DNA from: Nostoc sp.
GTDB lineage: Bacteria; Cyanobacteriota; Cyanobacteriia; Cyanobacteriales; Nostocaceae
Assembly (NCBI GenBank): GCA_036918135.1
Contig: JBALDB010000018.1
Span: 1-64,000, forward strand
Direction: 5' to 3'
DNA: 64,000 bases
The position numbers and the translations under genes are program-made. The notes under the pieces were generated by a model. That model worked only from the letters and a program-made list of their open reading frames with translations. It did no database searches and had not been told where the DNA came from. Of this stretch, positions 1 through 11,919 are shown in pieces. Each line of letters begins with the position of its first letter. Positions within the stretch are counted from its first letter, which is position 1.

Positions 1-38
1 CTAGAGTCGCAATAACCGCTCCTGCTATCAATGGTTAA
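1..38 (+). CDS. psbA: 3' end of photosystem II D1 protein gene (partial)
   Basis: Reads ...RVAITAPAING* ending TAA at 36-38, matching the cyanobacterial D1 C-terminal extension; followed by a terminator. Confidence 0.7.
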   Translation, partial: RVAITAPAING

Positions 39-61
39 TTATCAAGCTTAGTTAAATCAAG

Positions 62-90
62 AACGCTCTCCAAACACGGGGGGCGTTTTT
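62..90 (+). terminator. Rho-independent terminator
   Basis: AACGCTCTCC-loop-GGGGGGCGTT followed by a T-run. Confidence 0.75.
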
Positions 91-177
91 GTTTTTGTGG
101 ATTTTGATTATTCAAAAAGTTTCTTTTGCAAAAACTCTAGTTAAAATACATAAGCCTCACCCTTTTTCCTGACTATT

Positions 178-1266
178 ATGGGCAACACTTTTGGTCATCT
201 ATTTCGGATCGCTACTTTTGGCGAGTCTCACGGCGGTGGCGTGGGAGTTGTAATTGATGGTTGTCCTCCACAACTAGAAATTTCGGCACAAGAAATTCAA
301 GTAGAACTAGATAGAAGGCGTCCAGGACAAAGTAAAATTACGACTCCCCGGAAAGAAGCAGATATCTGCGAGATTTTATCAGGAGTATTTGAGGGCAAAA
401 CTTTGGGAACACCTATATCAATTTTGGTGCGAAACAAAGACACTCGTCCCCAAGACTACGACGAGATGTCCGAAAAGTATCGTCCTTCGCACGCGGATGC
501 AACTTATGATGCAAAATATGGCATTCGCAATTGGCAAGGTGGAGGTAGATCGTCAGCACGTGAGACAATTGGAAGAGTAGCAGCAGGTGCGATCGCTAAA
601 AAAATTCTCCGCCAAGTTGCTAATGTAGAAATTATCGCTTATGTCAAGCGCATCAAGGATTTAGAAGGTATAGTCGATCCAAATATTGTTACCTTAGAAG
701 AAGTGGAAAGCAACATCGTCCGCTGTCCTGATGCTGAATGCGCGGAACGAATGATTGAATTAATCGAGCAAATTGGTAGGCAAGGTGATTCTATTGGCGG
801 TGTAGTAGAATGTGTAGCGCGAAATGTACCTAAAGGTTTAGGCGAACCAGTATTTGATAAATTGGAAGCTGATATTGCTAAGGCTGTTATGTCTTTGCCT
901 GCTAGCAAAGGCTTTGAAATTGGTTCCGGTTTTGGCGGAACGCTGTTAACAGGAATTGAACATAATGATGAATTTTATATTGATGAAAATGGCGAGATTC
1001 GCACTGTAACCAATCGTTCTGGTGGTATTCAAGGGGGAATTTCCAACGGAGAAAATATTATTTTACGAGTTGCTTTTAAGCCAACAGCAACAATTAGAAA
1101 AGAGCAAAAAACAGTAACTCGTGAAGGCGAAGAAACGGTTTTAGCCGCAAAAGGAAGGCACGATCCTTGTGTATTACCGCGTGCAGTTCCGATGGTAGAA
1201 GCGATGGTGGCATTGGTGTTGTGCGACCATTTATTGCGGTATCACGGTCAGTGTAGGGTGCTGTAA
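178..1266 (+). CDS. aroC: chorismate synthase
   Basis: [21 protein letters not shown] and GRHDPC motifs. Confidence 0.98.
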   Translation: MGNTFGHLFRIATFGESHGGGVGVVIDGCPPQLEISAQEIQVELDRRRPGQSKITTPRKEADICEILSGVFEGKTLGTPISILVRNKDTRPQDYDEMSEKYRPSHADATYDAKYGIRNWQGGGRSSARETIGRVAAGAIAKKILRQVANVEIIAYVKRIKDLEGIVDPNIVTLEEVESNIVRCPDAECAERMIELIEQIGRQGDSIGGVVECVARNVPKGLGEPVFDKLEADIAKAVMSLPASKGFEIGSGFGGTLLTGIEHNDEFYIDENGEIRTVTNRSGGIQGGISNGENIILRVAFKPTATIRKEQKTVTREGEETVLAAKGRHDPCVLPRAVPMVEAMVALVLCDHLLRYHGQCRVL

Positions 1267-1722
1267 AGTTACACAGTGGAACTCTTAATTTTTCAGATAG
1301 TTGCTAAAATTACAGCAGATTTTAAGAAGCGTGAAGTACATATCTTGGTTTGGCAGCTAGGCATAGAGGCTATTATGGTTCACCAATTCTGACGCCTTGG
1401 CAAGCTTCCTTGATTACTCATGAATTTCCCAATTCTGCTGTATTTTTATTTTAAAAGTGATATATAACAGAGCATTAAAAATATACTAATAAAGTTGTGG
1501 GTAATGCGTTACATTAGCTTTGATATTTTAAGTATGCAACTTGAAGACAAATTTGTTTATTACTTATGATAGTTACTAAGACTCATTACAATGAGGGAAA
1601 CTAGATAGAAGACATAGGTGAGGTAAACAGATTTAGTAGTTGAGGTTAAAAGCATGGACTCAACAGGTGAAGTTCTGATTGTGAACTCGTCCTCGTATCT
1701 TCCACTGCCCTTAAAAGAGTAT

Positions 1723-1893
1723 GCAATGAGTCGAGTAATTGTCTACTTTTATAGCAACGGTTGGGTTCCAATTAAATATTGTTCTTTGCAAAAGGCAATT
1801 TTGTTGTACTATAAAGCAAAATTAGAAGCTAAGGAAATTTTCTTATTTCCTGTTGATTTAGATCCGAATAAATTATCAACCTCTTTTAACTAA
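1723..1893 (+). CDS. small hypothetical protein
   Basis: Short ORF (MSRVIVYFYSNGWVP...), downstream hairpin at about 1939-1966; no family recognised. Confidence 0.4.
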   Translation, partial: AMSRVIVYFYSNGWVPIKYCSLQKAILLYYKAKLEAKEIFLFPVDLDPNKLSTSFN

Positions 1894-2833
1894 AATACAT
1901 TTAGGTCAATTTTATAAAAAACTTTGCCATAAGTTGGCTATAAAGGCGTACTTTTGTACGCCTTTACTGATATGTACTATAAACCTCTCTCCTCTTAGAA
2001 GAAGGCTTTGGAACCCTGATTTCCTTATTGACAAGGGGGATAAGAGGATTAAGTTCTGAGGTCTTTAGCGTTTTATAGAATAGTTTGCAAACATTCTCTA
2101 AGATGATGCATTAAAAGTCTTTGGTAAAGTATCAAAGGCGAAAAATTATGCCTTTTAAGCAAATGTCAATACATAAATAAATTATAACATAGTGCAGACT
2201 TATACACCCTTATATCTATATCTTGAGAGATAGATAGACTATAGCAGTTTTTATTTGTGCAAATTTCTGAACTTTGAGACAGTAAATTTCTGGAAATTAC
2301 ATTATCTCATGTGTAGAAAAATGTTAGTTGATATTATAAACCTGAAAGGTAATTTATGATTAGTCGAACTTTAGACTTGATTTTTATCGATAGCTTTGCC
2401 TTTATGATTAACAAAACGCTAGGTCTAATACTTAGTACTAAAATTTGCAACTATTCCTGGGAAGGAAAAACCAAGGAGGTATCTCAAACAGAACAGGTAG
2501 ATGCTCATCATCTACCTCAACTTTCAATGCCGCAAGACGTTGAACACGGGCATTAAAACTAAATAAACAGATGAATAGTTCAATAAATTACCCCATTGAT
2601 TCTAGCCAATGGGGTGGAGATATCTCAATTACAATTTTGTTAATTAATACATAGTTTTTAGTTATTTTTAAGTAGATAGCTATAATTAAATCTAAGATGT
2701 GATTGCAAGCGATCGCGCAGCGTCTCCTGAAGGAAAGCAATCCTAGAGAGTTTGCGATTGCTTTGCTCGCAATCACAGAACATATTATATTTATCTATGT
2801 CCATCAACTTCAAACTATTTTGTCATATAAATT

Positions 2834-2979
2834 ATACCAATTCAATTAATGATTGCAACATATCCTTGGTTAAAGACACGACGCCAGTCGCTACAACGGG
2901 GAAAATACGCTACGCGCTGGCTCATGAATCGCGTCTCTACAGATAATCTATTTGTCAGATTCTTTTTTCAAATTGGTAT
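2834..2979. repeat. dispersed MITE-like repeat, copy 1, with a nested insertion
   Basis: Ends ATACCAATT/AATTGGTAT; similar to 15012-15112 but with an extra segment at about 2881-2923. Confidence 0.7.
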
Positions 2980-3095
2980 TATTTCCTATTTTCTTTGATA
3001 GCCATATTTCTTGTAAAAAGCCTCTGCTTGTCCATTCTTGTTAGTCAACAAATAAACCGTTCAAGTGGTAATCTACGACGCACAAGTTTTAGTAA

Positions 3096-3743
3096 TTAAA
3101 CTAAACCTGAACGCAATGCAACTACCGCTGCTTGCACGCGATCGTCTACTGCTAATTTATTCATAATGCCCCGGACGTGAGTTTTGACGGTATTGGGACT
3201 GAGATACAGTTTTTGGGCAATCTCTGGGTTGCTCAATCCGTCTACCATCAATTTCAACACTTCTAATTCACGCCCTGATAAGTTGGCGGTGTTATTGGTG
3301 GGTGAGGACGGTTTAAGATTGTCAATTACTCGTCGGGCAATTTGCGGATCGAGATAAGCTGCACCATCAACTGCGGCTGCGATCGCATTTAATAATCGTT
3401 CCACACTTGCACCTTTAATGCAATATGCATCTGCACCGCTAGACAGTGCGGCAATAATTTCTGTCTCTGTTTGATGTGATGTTAGCATTACCACATGAGT
3501 TGCTGGTAAGGCTGTCTTAATTTGTTGTGTTGCTGCAATCCCATCTAATCGCGGTAACCCAATATCCATAACCACTACATCTGGTTTTAGTTGCAGTGCA
3601 GCTTGCACGCCCAAATAACCATCTTCGGCTTGTCCAACAATCTCCAAATCAGGATGAGCCATTAACGATTGCTCTAGTCCGAGTTGCATCATTGGATCGT
3701 CTTCGACAATTAATACTTTTAACATAAGTTTGTTATTTGTCAT
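3096..3743 (-). CDS. NarL/LuxR-family response regulator
   Basis: Receiver domain (VEDD, MDIGLP) plus LuxR HTH (LSGRELEVL...TVKTHV). Confidence 0.95.
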   Translation of the reverse strand: MTNNKLMLKVLIVEDDPMMQLGLEQSLMAHPDLEIVGQAEDGYLGVQAALQLKPDVVVMDIGLPRLDGIAATQQIKTALPATHVVMLTSHQTETEIIAALSSGADAYCIKGASVERLLNAIAAAVDGAAYLDPQIARRVIDNLKPSSPTNNTANLSGRELEVLKLMVDGLSNPEIAQKLYLSPNTVKTHVRGIMNKLAVDDRVQAAVVALRSGLV

Positions 3744-3764
3744 TAGTCATTAATGACAATTTTT

Positions 3765-4739
3765 TTACTCTTCCACGCGATAGCCTAACTCGGCTAAACT
3801 CACCCGCGATTGTCGCCATTTTGGCTCGACTTTCACGAATAGTTCTAAATAAACTTTGCCAGCAATTAATTTTTGGATTTGTTCGCGGGCTGCGCTACCA
3901 ATTGCTTTGAGCATCGACCCACCTTTACCAATGAGTATGCCTTTTTGGGAATCGCGCTCGACGTTGATGGTAGCTAGTACACGAGTAATGTTAGCAGTTT
4001 CTTCTACTTGGTCTATGGCGATCGCTACTGAATGGGGTACTTCTTCACGGGTCAAAAGTATAATTTGTTCTCGAATCAATTCTCCCATAATAAAGCGTTC
4101 TGGCTGGTCGGTTACCAAGTCGGGCGGATAATATAATGGCCCTATTTCTAAATGTTGTATTAATAATTCTTGCAGTTGTGGTAATCCTGCACTCGTCTTG
4201 GCTGAAAATTTGACAATTTCCCATTCATAGGACTTGGCCATCTGGGCGTAACTATCATCTAGAAACTGGGAATCATCGGGTTGTTGGTCGATTTTGTTCG
4301 CACCTATAATTACTGGTGTTTTGCTGCGACTGAGCAAATCAGCAATGTAGCGATCGCCTGCTCCACAAGCTACTGCTCCGTCTACCACAAACAGCACTAC
4401 ATCTACTGATTCAATGGCTATTTTGGCATTTTGCACCAATACTTCGCCTAATTGATGGTGGGGCTTATGAATTCCTGGTGTATCTACAAAAATTAACTGC
4501 GCCTCTGATGTAGTTAAAATTCCTCGCAAACGATTACGTGTGGTTTGCGCTACTGGTGATGTTATGGCTATTTTTTGTCCTACCAATTGATTCATCAAAG
4601 TAGATTTACCGACATTAGGACGACCTATAATGCCAATGAAACCTGATTTAAAGTCAGGAGGAGCCTCAGGGATTGTTACTTCTCCTGAAAAAGAGAAGGT
4701 GTAATCATCAATACTAGTCACCTTTTGCTCCACCTTCAT
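3765..4739 (-). CDS. era: GTPase Era
   Basis: GRPNVGKST, QTTRN, DTPG, NKID; KH domain with ILIGKGG. Confidence 0.97.
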   Translation of the reverse strand: MKVEQKVTSIDDYTFSFSGEVTIPEAPPDFKSGFIGIIGRPNVGKSTLMNQLVGQKIAITSPVAQTTRNRLRGILTTSEAQLIFVDTPGIHKPHHQLGEVLVQNAKIAIESVDVVLFVVDGAVACGAGDRYIADLLSRSKTPVIIGANKIDQQPDDSQFLDDSYAQMAKSYEWEIVKFSAKTSAGLPQLQELLIQHLEIGPLYYPPDLVTDQPERFIMGELIREQIILLTREEVPHSVAIAIDQVEETANITRVLATINVERDSQKGILIGKGGSMLKAIGSAAREQIQKLIAGKVYLELFVKVEPKWRQSRVSLAELGYRVEE

Positions 4740-5216
4740 ATTTTAGAGTTGGAATAACTTGGTTTTTTCTCAATCTGAAAACAGACATAGAATCACCCTA
4801 GCATTTTCGGGGATTACTTTTGTTGAGGTTTAATCTACTACTAGCTCCACACTCATATTTTACAGCTGGGGTAACTTAATTGTCAGAATTTAAGAGTCAG
4901 AATTTAGGAGCCTCGCTGGAGACTTTGTAAGCAAGGTGACAGAATAGTTGGAAAATCAACGGTGGTACGGGTGCTTGATTTTCTCCAAATTAAGAAGTTG
5001 AGGCTGCTAAATCTAATAAAAAACTATCTATTCTCAATTGTGAATGCTCAATTATAAGTTATGAATTCTTAAACTTAGTTTTTTATATACAAAACCAACA
5101 TAAAATTACTTTGGCATTTATAGGGAAAGCTTTTGCTTGGGTTTAATCTATTACTAACCCAAGCTGAAGTTTAATCGGCTACTAAATATATTTGGATCAA
5201 AATGTCAAGAAAAGAT

Positions 5217-6299
5217 ATGGGAGAACCCAAACGCATTGGAATTCTCACAAGTGGAGGAGATTGTTCTGGCTTAAATGCTGCGATTAGGGCTGTAGTAAAT
5301 TGTGCTGTGAATACTTACGGCTGGGAAGTGTTGGGAATTCACCAAGCGACTGTTGGATTAATGGCGCGTCCGCCACAGTTCACGAACTTGGAAATAGATC
5401 GAGTTGATTCGCTGTTAACTGCGGGTGGCACAATGTTGGGGACAACCAATAAAGGCGACCCTTTTGCTTTTCCAATAGCGGATGGAAGTGTATGCGATCG
5501 CTCCGAAGAAATCATAGCAGGTTACCACGAACTAGGTTTAGACGCTTTGATTGGTATTGGCGGCGATGGTAGTTTGGCAATTCTGCGCCGACTTGCACAA
5601 CAAGGTGGTATTAACTTAGTTGGGATTCCCAAAACCATTGATAATGATATTGGTATTACTGAACATGCCATCGGTTTTGATACAGCAGTAAATATTGCTA
5701 CGGAAGCGCTAGATCGGTTACATTTTACTGCTGCAAGTCATAGCCGAGTTATGATTTTGGAAGTAATGGGACGTGATGCAGGACACATAGCTATAGCTGC
5801 GGGAATTGCTGGCGGAGCAAATGTAATTTTAATTCCCGAAATTCCTTACACAGTCGAACACATTTGCCACAAAATCAAAGAACGCCAAGAGAAAGGCAAA
5901 AATTATTGTTTGATTATTGTTTCCGAAGCAGTTCGTACCCAAGATGGCGAAAACGTAACGATTACGAATCGCTTAGGTCAATCTCGATACGGTGGAATTG
6001 GTGAATATTTAGCGGATCGAATTATCCAGTGCATCGGTGTTGAAACGCGAGTCACCGTATTAGGACACATTCAACGGGGTGGGACTGCTTCACCACTCGA
6101 TAGATTAGTTGCAACAGCCTTTGGCGTAGCAGCGGTTAATCTGATAGCAGAGAGTAAATACGATCGGATGGTGACCTGGCAAAATCGCCAAGTATTAAGC
6201 GTACCAATTACAGAAGCGATCGCTCAATATAGCGCCGTCGATCCCAATGGTACTTTAGTTAAAACTGCTCGTGGTATGGGTATTTATTTGGGAGATTAG
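5217..6299 (+). CDS. pfkA: 6-phosphofructokinase
   Basis: ILTSGGDC, GGDGS, PKTIDND, EVMGR and LGHIQRGG motifs; alternative start at 5202. Confidence 0.96.
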   Translation: MGEPKRIGILTSGGDCSGLNAAIRAVVNCAVNTYGWEVLGIHQATVGLMARPPQFTNLEIDRVDSLLTAGGTMLGTTNKGDPFAFPIADGSVCDRSEEIIAGYHELGLDALIGIGGDGSLAILRRLAQQGGINLVGIPKTIDNDIGITEHAIGFDTAVNIATEALDRLHFTAASHSRVMILEVMGRDAGHIAIAAGIAGGANVILIPEIPYTVEHICHKIKERQEKGKNYCLIIVSEAVRTQDGENVTITNRLGQSRYGGIGEYLADRIIQCIGVETRVTVLGHIQRGGTASPLDRLVATAFGVAAVNLIAESKYDRMVTWQNRQVLSVPITEAIAQYSAVDPNGTLVKTARGMGIYLGD

Positions 6300-6400
6300 A
6301 TGGAGTAGGGACTGAGGACTGGGGAGATGGGGAAATAGAGAGACAAGGGACAAGCAGAATAACTCTTCACTCAACAGTCAACAGTCAACCGTCAATACTC

Positions 6401-7522
6401 TCAATTACTAAAACCAGGGATTAAACGCTTCAAAGCACGGATCGTAACATCGCTATAGCGTACTTCTCCGCACATAACCTTACTCATAACTTGGGGGGCA
6501 GAGGGGTGCTTGACACCAACTTTGTAGCCAATGTTGGGAAATCGATAGAATGCTCCAGCTAATTTTTGTGCCCAAGCCATCTCAGTACCCCACTGTTCGC
6601 TAATGGCTTGGCTGTATTTTTCTAAAGCGTTAAGATCGCCAGCTAGTGCTTCATTTATAGTTGCAGCTGCGAGCAAACCGCTAAAAATTGAAGGGCGAAT
6701 GCCCTCTGCTGTCATCGGATCGACTACACAAGCAGCTTCCCCAGCTAAAAGTGCATTTTGAGCGTGCAGCTTTTGATTACCATCCCAAATACAAAGGGGA
6801 TGACCATATTGCTTGCTAGTTTTGAGGTCTAAATTTAAAAATTTGGCGTATTCATCTAAAATCTTTTTAAAGTCCTGGGGTTGACGGCCAATAAATGCCC
6901 CCACACCTATTGAATAACCATCAGCTTTGGGGAAGTTCCAAAGATAGCCGTTTTTGACTAGACCAAACTCAAAATGAATTGTGGGTTGGTTTTCTGCAAT
7001 ACCAGGAACTTCTGCTTCCAAAGCTGCTGTTAACACCCGTTTACGTTCTTTGAAACCTAGCCATTTTGCCATCGAGCCTTTGGCACCATCAGCTGCGATT
7101 AAGTAGCGACCTGAAACTGGCTCATTAGCTGTGTTCACTTGCCAATAGTCATTTTGAAATTCAATACCAGTTACTTCAGTATTATCTTGGAGTTTAGCTC
7201 CTTGTTTCTGCGCTTGCTGGACTAAAAAATGGTCAAAAACATCTCGGCGCACCATCCAGATTGGTTCTTTTGTGGTGATTTTCGCTTCCACTGGGTCGCC
7301 TAGTTTCCAGGTAAAGCGAAGCAAGTCTGCTTTTAAAGAAATCGCTGGGCTAAAATCAAAGTCAAACCATTGAGCGATCGCTGGAGATACACCACCACCA
7401 CAAGGTTTATATCTTGGCAGGGATTGTTTTTCTAAAACTAATACTGAGCGACCCTGCTTAGCTAAATGATATGCTGCTGTTCCACCAGCTGGCCCAGCAC
7501 CGACAATGATGCAGTCATACAT
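6401..7522 (-). CDS. geranylgeranyl reductase-family FAD oxidoreductase
   Basis: GAGPAG, KPCGGG, AADG and GEAA..DPMTAEGI motifs. Confidence 0.9.
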   Translation of the reverse strand: MYDCIIVGAGPAGGTAAYHLAKQGRSVLVLEKQSLPRYKPCGGGVSPAIAQWFDFDFSPAISLKADLLRFTWKLGDPVEAKITTKEPIWMVRRDVFDHFLVQQAQKQGAKLQDNTEVTGIEFQNDYWQVNTANEPVSGRYLIAADGAKGSMAKWLGFKERKRVLTAALEAEVPGIAENQPTIHFEFGLVKNGYLWNFPKADGYSIGVGAFIGRQPQDFKKILDEYAKFLNLDLKTSKQYGHPLCIWDGNQKLHAQNALLAGEAACVVDPMTAEGIRPSIFSGLLAAATINEALAGDLNALEKYSQAISEQWGTEMAWAQKLAGAFYRFPNIGYKVGVKHPSAPQVMSKVMCGEVRYSDVTIRALKRLIPGFSN

Positions 7523-8057
7523 ATTGTTAAATTTTTGCTCCTCAATTAGTTTAAGGTAACGCGCCTACCAATACCTTCGCTAAGTCAAGGCATTTTTTGA
7601 TTTAGTGAAGGTATTAACTAAAATACAGAGTCGGTCGGTAAGTGGGAATTTATCGAGTCTACACCAAGGAGTCCAAACCTGAACCACCAACGAGGAAGGC
7701 GACAACCTCCAAATATCAAACTGAGTCTGATAGCTTGGTAGGTTGCAAAATCGAAGACTTATCTGACTCTCGCAAAACGATGATGTTGGGTTTCACTACA
7801 TTCAACCCAACCTACAAAATTTAGCTGGATTAGCCGAAGCGATTCCAATATTTTATAGACAATCAACAATAGCACGCAATAATTAAGATACTGCTTCTAA
7901 TCCACGGTTGAATATTATACAGTTGGTTGTGAATAAACCAAAAGGAATTTTGACATTAGAAGTGCTGGAAAGAGATTAGTAGTAATTCGTAGCTGTAAGA
8001 CAAAGGCTGAAGAATTTATTCATCATTCTTCAGCCTTTATGCTTTAGACTTTAAACT

Positions 8058-8606
8058 TTAAACAGTCGTTATGTCTTTTTCTTTTTCTGTCAGCAATTCA
8101 TCTATTTTAGCGGTGTACTTGTTTGTCAGTTTTTGCAGTTTGTCTTGCTGATCCCGTGCTTCATCTTCAGAAATTTCGGTGTTTTTTTCCTGTTTGCGAA
8201 TCGAGTCTATGGCATCACGACGAATGTTGCGAATGCTAACGCGACCTTCTTCAGCATATTTAGCAGCAAGTTTGACTAGTTCTTTACGACGATCGCTTGT
8301 CAAAGGCGGAATGTTCAGCCGAATTACCGAACCGTCGTTACTGGGTGTTAAACCTACATCGGAGAGGGAAATCGCCTTCTCAACAATGTTTAAGCTGCTG
8401 CGATCGTAGGGTTGAATCAGGATGGTTGTCGCATCTGGCGTACTAATATTTGCCAGTGATTTTAGGGGTGTAGGCGAACCATAATACTCCACCAAGACTT
8501 TATCTAATAAACTCGCATTGGCGCGACCAGTGCGAATTGTGTTAAAAGCTCGTTGAGTCGCCTCAACAGTTTTTTGCATCGTACTCTCAGCTTCAGCTAA
8601 TTTCAC
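8058..8606 (-). CDS. frr: ribosome recycling factor
   Basis: [20 protein letters not shown]; probable GTG start overlapping pyrH. Confidence 0.97.
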   Translation of the reverse strand: MKLAEAESTMQKTVEATQRAFNTIRTGRANASLLDKVLVEYYGSPTPLKSLANISTPDATTILIQPYDRSSLNIVEKAISLSDVGLTPSNDGSVIRLNIPPLTSDRRKELVKLAAKYAEEGRVSIRNIRRDAIDSIRKQEKNTEISEDEARDQQDKLQKLTNKYTAKIDELLTEKEKDITTV

Positions 8607-9321
8607 AAGAACCTCCCACAAGGGTGCCGATGGATTCTCCCATGACTGCTCGGTGGATGTTACCTCGCACCGTTAGGTCAAATACCAAAATTGGGATATT
8701 ATTTTCTTTACACAAGGCAATCGCAGTACTATCCATTACCCGTAAATCTTGGGCTAAAACGTGCGCGTAGGTAAGGGTGTTATAACGCTTGGCGTCAGGA
8801 TGAATATGAGGATCGGCATCGTATATTCCGTCTACCTTGGTGGCTTTAAAAATCACTTCGGCCTCAATTTCTGCCGCTCTTAATGCCGCTGTGGTATCTG
8901 TAGTAAAAAAGGGATTTCCAGAACCAGCGCCAAAAATTACCACCCGCCCTTTTTCAAGGTGACGGATGGCACGACGACGGATATACGGTTCTGCTAATTC
9001 TTGCATCGCGATCGCAGTTTGTACGCGCGTCTGCACTCCTATTCGCTCCAGCGAATCTTGCAGCGTCATGGCGTTCATTACCGTGGCAATCATTCCTATG
9101 TAGTCAGCGGTTGCCCTATCCATCCCCGCCGATGCTGCTTTGACGCCACGAAAAATATTGCCGCCGCCAACAACGATGGCGATTTGAGTTCCAGTGGCTA
9201 CCACCTCTTCTACTTCCTGGGCTATTCCTTTCACCACTTCTGGATCGATGCCATAGCCCATGTTGCCCATTAAAGCTTCACCGCTCAGTTTGAGTAAAAC
9301 CCGTCGGTAATTCGTTCCCAT
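8593..9321 (-). CDS. pyrH: UMP kinase
   Basis: [23 protein letters not shown] motifs; ATG at 9321. Confidence 0.97.
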   Translation of the reverse strand: MGTNYRRVLLKLSGEALMGNMGYGIDPEVVKGIAQEVEEVVATGTQIAIVVGGGNIFRGVKAASAGMDRATADYIGMIATVMNAMTLQDSLERIGVQTRVQTAIAMQELAEPYIRRRAIRHLEKGRVVIFGAGSGNPFFTTDTTAALRAAEIEAEVIFKATKVDGIYDADPHIHPDAKRYNTLTYAHVLAQDLRVMDSTAIALCKENNIPILVFDLTVRGNIHRAVMGESIGTLVGGSCEIS

Positions 9322-9392
9322 GAAGTTACGCTTTATCAAAAAAGTTGCAATTGCCTCCAATTTAAGATAGCAGTTACAGGCACGATCTATGT

Positions 9393-9938
9393 CTAGTTGC
9401 GCCAAATCAATGTAGTACCTATTGGCTCTGTTTGTGGTATGGCTATTTGTTGACCCCCAAACAAACAGGCGATCGCAGTTCTCAAATAATCCTCTCTCAC
9501 AGATAAGGGATCTTGGGGGCGATCGTCAATTTGACCCTTGTAGCGTACTATACCTCTACTATCTATTAAAAAGGCCATTGGTGTTTTTGTCGCGCCAAAA
9601 CTGCGTGTCACATCTTGGGTTGGGTCCCACAAGTAAGGGAAGTTCAAGTCGTGACGTTGGGCAAAAGCTTTCATATTTTCAAAGCTTGAGCCTAAGTCGC
9701 CACCATTCATACCAATTAGTGTCAAGCCTTGTGGAGCAAATTCCGCTTGAATGTTTTTGAGTCTGTCTAGATACCACTCTACATAAGGACAGTGGTTAGA
9801 TATAAAAACGACGCCGACCGCACGGAACTTCTCAAGATAACGGCTAAGATGGTGTACTTGACCATCAATTCCTGGGAGTTCAAAATCTGGCGCGTAGCTG
9901 CCGATAGGAGTATCAATTGTTTCTAGTATATTCATCAT
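9393..9938 (-). CDS. thioredoxin-fold AhpC/TSA/redoxin protein
   Basis: [22 protein letters not shown]. Confidence 0.9.
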   Translation of the reverse strand: MMNILETIDTPIGSYAPDFELPGIDGQVHHLSRYLEKFRAVGVVFISNHCPYVEWYLDRLKNIQAEFAPQGLTLIGMNGGDLGSSFENMKAFAQRHDLNFPYLWDPTQDVTRSFGATKTPMAFLIDSRGIVRYKGQIDDRPQDPLSVREDYLRTAIACLFGGQQIAIPQTEPIGTTLIWRN

Positions 9939-10600
9939 TATTCTGGCTCGCAGAACTAGGAACAAGAAAAATATTGTTAAATTCAGCGTCAGTTTCCAGT
10001 TGCAAACCACCTCTTAGCCGATGCCTCATGTTTAATAATTTTATAAATCAAGTTAGCGATCGTTAATTGTAAAACTACTGAATCTAGCGTTGATGTTAAT
10101 TTCATCACATCTATAATAGTATGTAACCTGTATATATTACTTGGTAAGTATTAGTGAATGTTACTAAATGTCAAGTATCATAAGTGGCATTGTTATTAAA
10201 GCAAAAATCTGATTCAGATGAAAGAAGCTTTGGTTTCTAATAGTTACATCATCTAAGTTGTGAGTAAATTAGCTCTATCAACAAGCTCAAAACTACCTAT
10301 GATAGATACAGCAGATTGCATAATGTTAGTATTAGACGCCTAGAAGCTTTCGTGGTGTATATCTAAGTTATTACCACAAAGGATTTAGTTTAAAAATCTC
10401 ATAAATTTTAGGTAAAATCAACAGAATTTTGCTGAACTTTGCTACAGAAAAACTGGTGTGCTGAATAAGAATATAAAATTTAAAAATAAATTCTTTTTAA
10501 CTCTTGCTCTCTGCACCTTTGTTACCTGTGCTTGAGACTAATTCATATTTCTACTCAGTAGTGCCGAAAATCTTTTACCCTTGCGTGAATTAAATTTCCC

Positions 10601-11515
10601 ATGACTACCTCAAGTTCAAAAACAGCACTTACATCTACAAAAACCTGGATTTGGCAAGGTTTCCCTATCTGCTATCAAACCCAAGGAACCACTGGGCCAG
10701 CTGTTGTTCTGGTGCATGGATTCGGCGCTTCTTGGTGGCACTGGCGAAAAAATATTCCTGTATTAGCAGAGAATTGCCGTGTTTATGCGATTGATTTGAT
10801 TGGTTTTGGGGCTTCAGCCAAACCCGAACCCGGTGAAAAAATTGCCTACACGCTAGAAACCTGGGGACAGCAAGTAGCAGATTTTTGCTGCGAAGTAGTG
10901 CGTGAGCCGACTTTTTTAGTTGGAAATTCTATTGGCTGCATTGTAGCCATGCAAGCAGCGGTGAGTCGGCCAGATATTGCTTTAGGAGTTGCTTTGCTCA
11001 ACTGTTCTCTACGGTTGTTGCACGATCGCAAACGGGTAACTTTACCTTGGATTCGTCGTGCAGGAGCGCCTTTACTGCAACGGGTGTTATCAATTAAACC
11101 AGTTGGCGAATTCTTTTTCAATCAAGTCGCCAAACCAAAAACAGTGCGAAAGATTCTACTCAAAGCTTATGCCAACGCAGAAGTAGTCACAGATGAATTG
11201 GTAGATATTCTCACTTCCCCAGCCAGCGATCCTGGTGCAGTGGCTGTGTTTCTGGCATTTACTTCTTATTCTACAGGGCCACTACCAGAAGACCTTCTAC
11301 CACAGTTACCCTGTCCGGCAATTATTTTGTGGGGAGCAGCCGACCCGTGGGAACCTATTAAATTAGGTAGAGAATTAGCTAACTTCCCACAAGTACAAAA
11401 GTTTATTCCTTTAGAAGGAGTGGGGCATTGTCCGCAAGATGAAGCGCCAGAGTTGGTTAATCCGATTTTACAAGATTGGATTTGCGAGCGATCGCAGTTA
11501 AAAGATTTAGCATAA
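10601..11515 (+). CDS. alpha/beta-fold hydrolase
   Basis: HGFGAS, GNSIG nucleophile elbow, GHCPQDE. Confidence 0.93.
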   Translation: MTTSSSKTALTSTKTWIWQGFPICYQTQGTTGPAVVLVHGFGASWWHWRKNIPVLAENCRVYAIDLIGFGASAKPEPGEKIAYTLETWGQQVADFCCEVVREPTFLVGNSIGCIVAMQAAVSRPDIALGVALLNCSLRLLHDRKRVTLPWIRRAGAPLLQRVLSIKPVGEFFFNQVAKPKTVRKILLKAYANAEVVTDELVDILTSPASDPGAVAVFLAFTSYSTGPLPEDLLPQLPCPAIILWGAADPWEPIKLGRELANFPQVQKFIPLEGVGHCPQDEAPELVNPILQDWICERSQLKDLA

Positions 11516-11603
11516 TTTGCATCAAGCAAACCTAAAATATTTTCAAAATGCATTTTGCAAATTAGTTTCTCTACTGAAATAAGTTGAATAAAAAATAGAA
11601 AGG

Positions 11604-11640
11604 TAGAAGCAAAAAAGTAGATACTACTTTTTTGCTTCTA
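11604..11640. terminator. bidirectional terminator-like inverted repeat
   Basis: TAGAAGCAAAAAAGTAG-ATA-CTACTTTTTTGCTTCTA between convergent genes. Confidence 0.65.
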
Positions 11641-11919
11641 GTCTATTGATTTTATGCAATAAGTTCTTCTTACAACAAATCCTTGAAGAATTCAGGATTT
11701 GTGAATTTGTTATTTTCAGACATAGTTTTTTTGCTCATAAAAGCGCTATTTTTTACAGTAATAAAAACTTTAAATGCTCTCCCTGCAAGCATAAGGAATC
11801 TTATGAAGTATTACTAACATTATTTTTGTGGACAGTAAAGTCGGCAGTTTTGCCTAATGGAGCCGCCAGTGGGGTGCGTTACGCTTCACTAAGGCAGCAA
11901 AGTTGAGTTTTGTTGAAAA

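Noticed and set aside
7642..7824. 60-aa ORF or intron remnant
   Set aside because: It overlaps a common cyanobacterial dispersed palindrome (GTTGGGTT...AACCCAAC, similar at about 36100 and 53545); no coding evidence.
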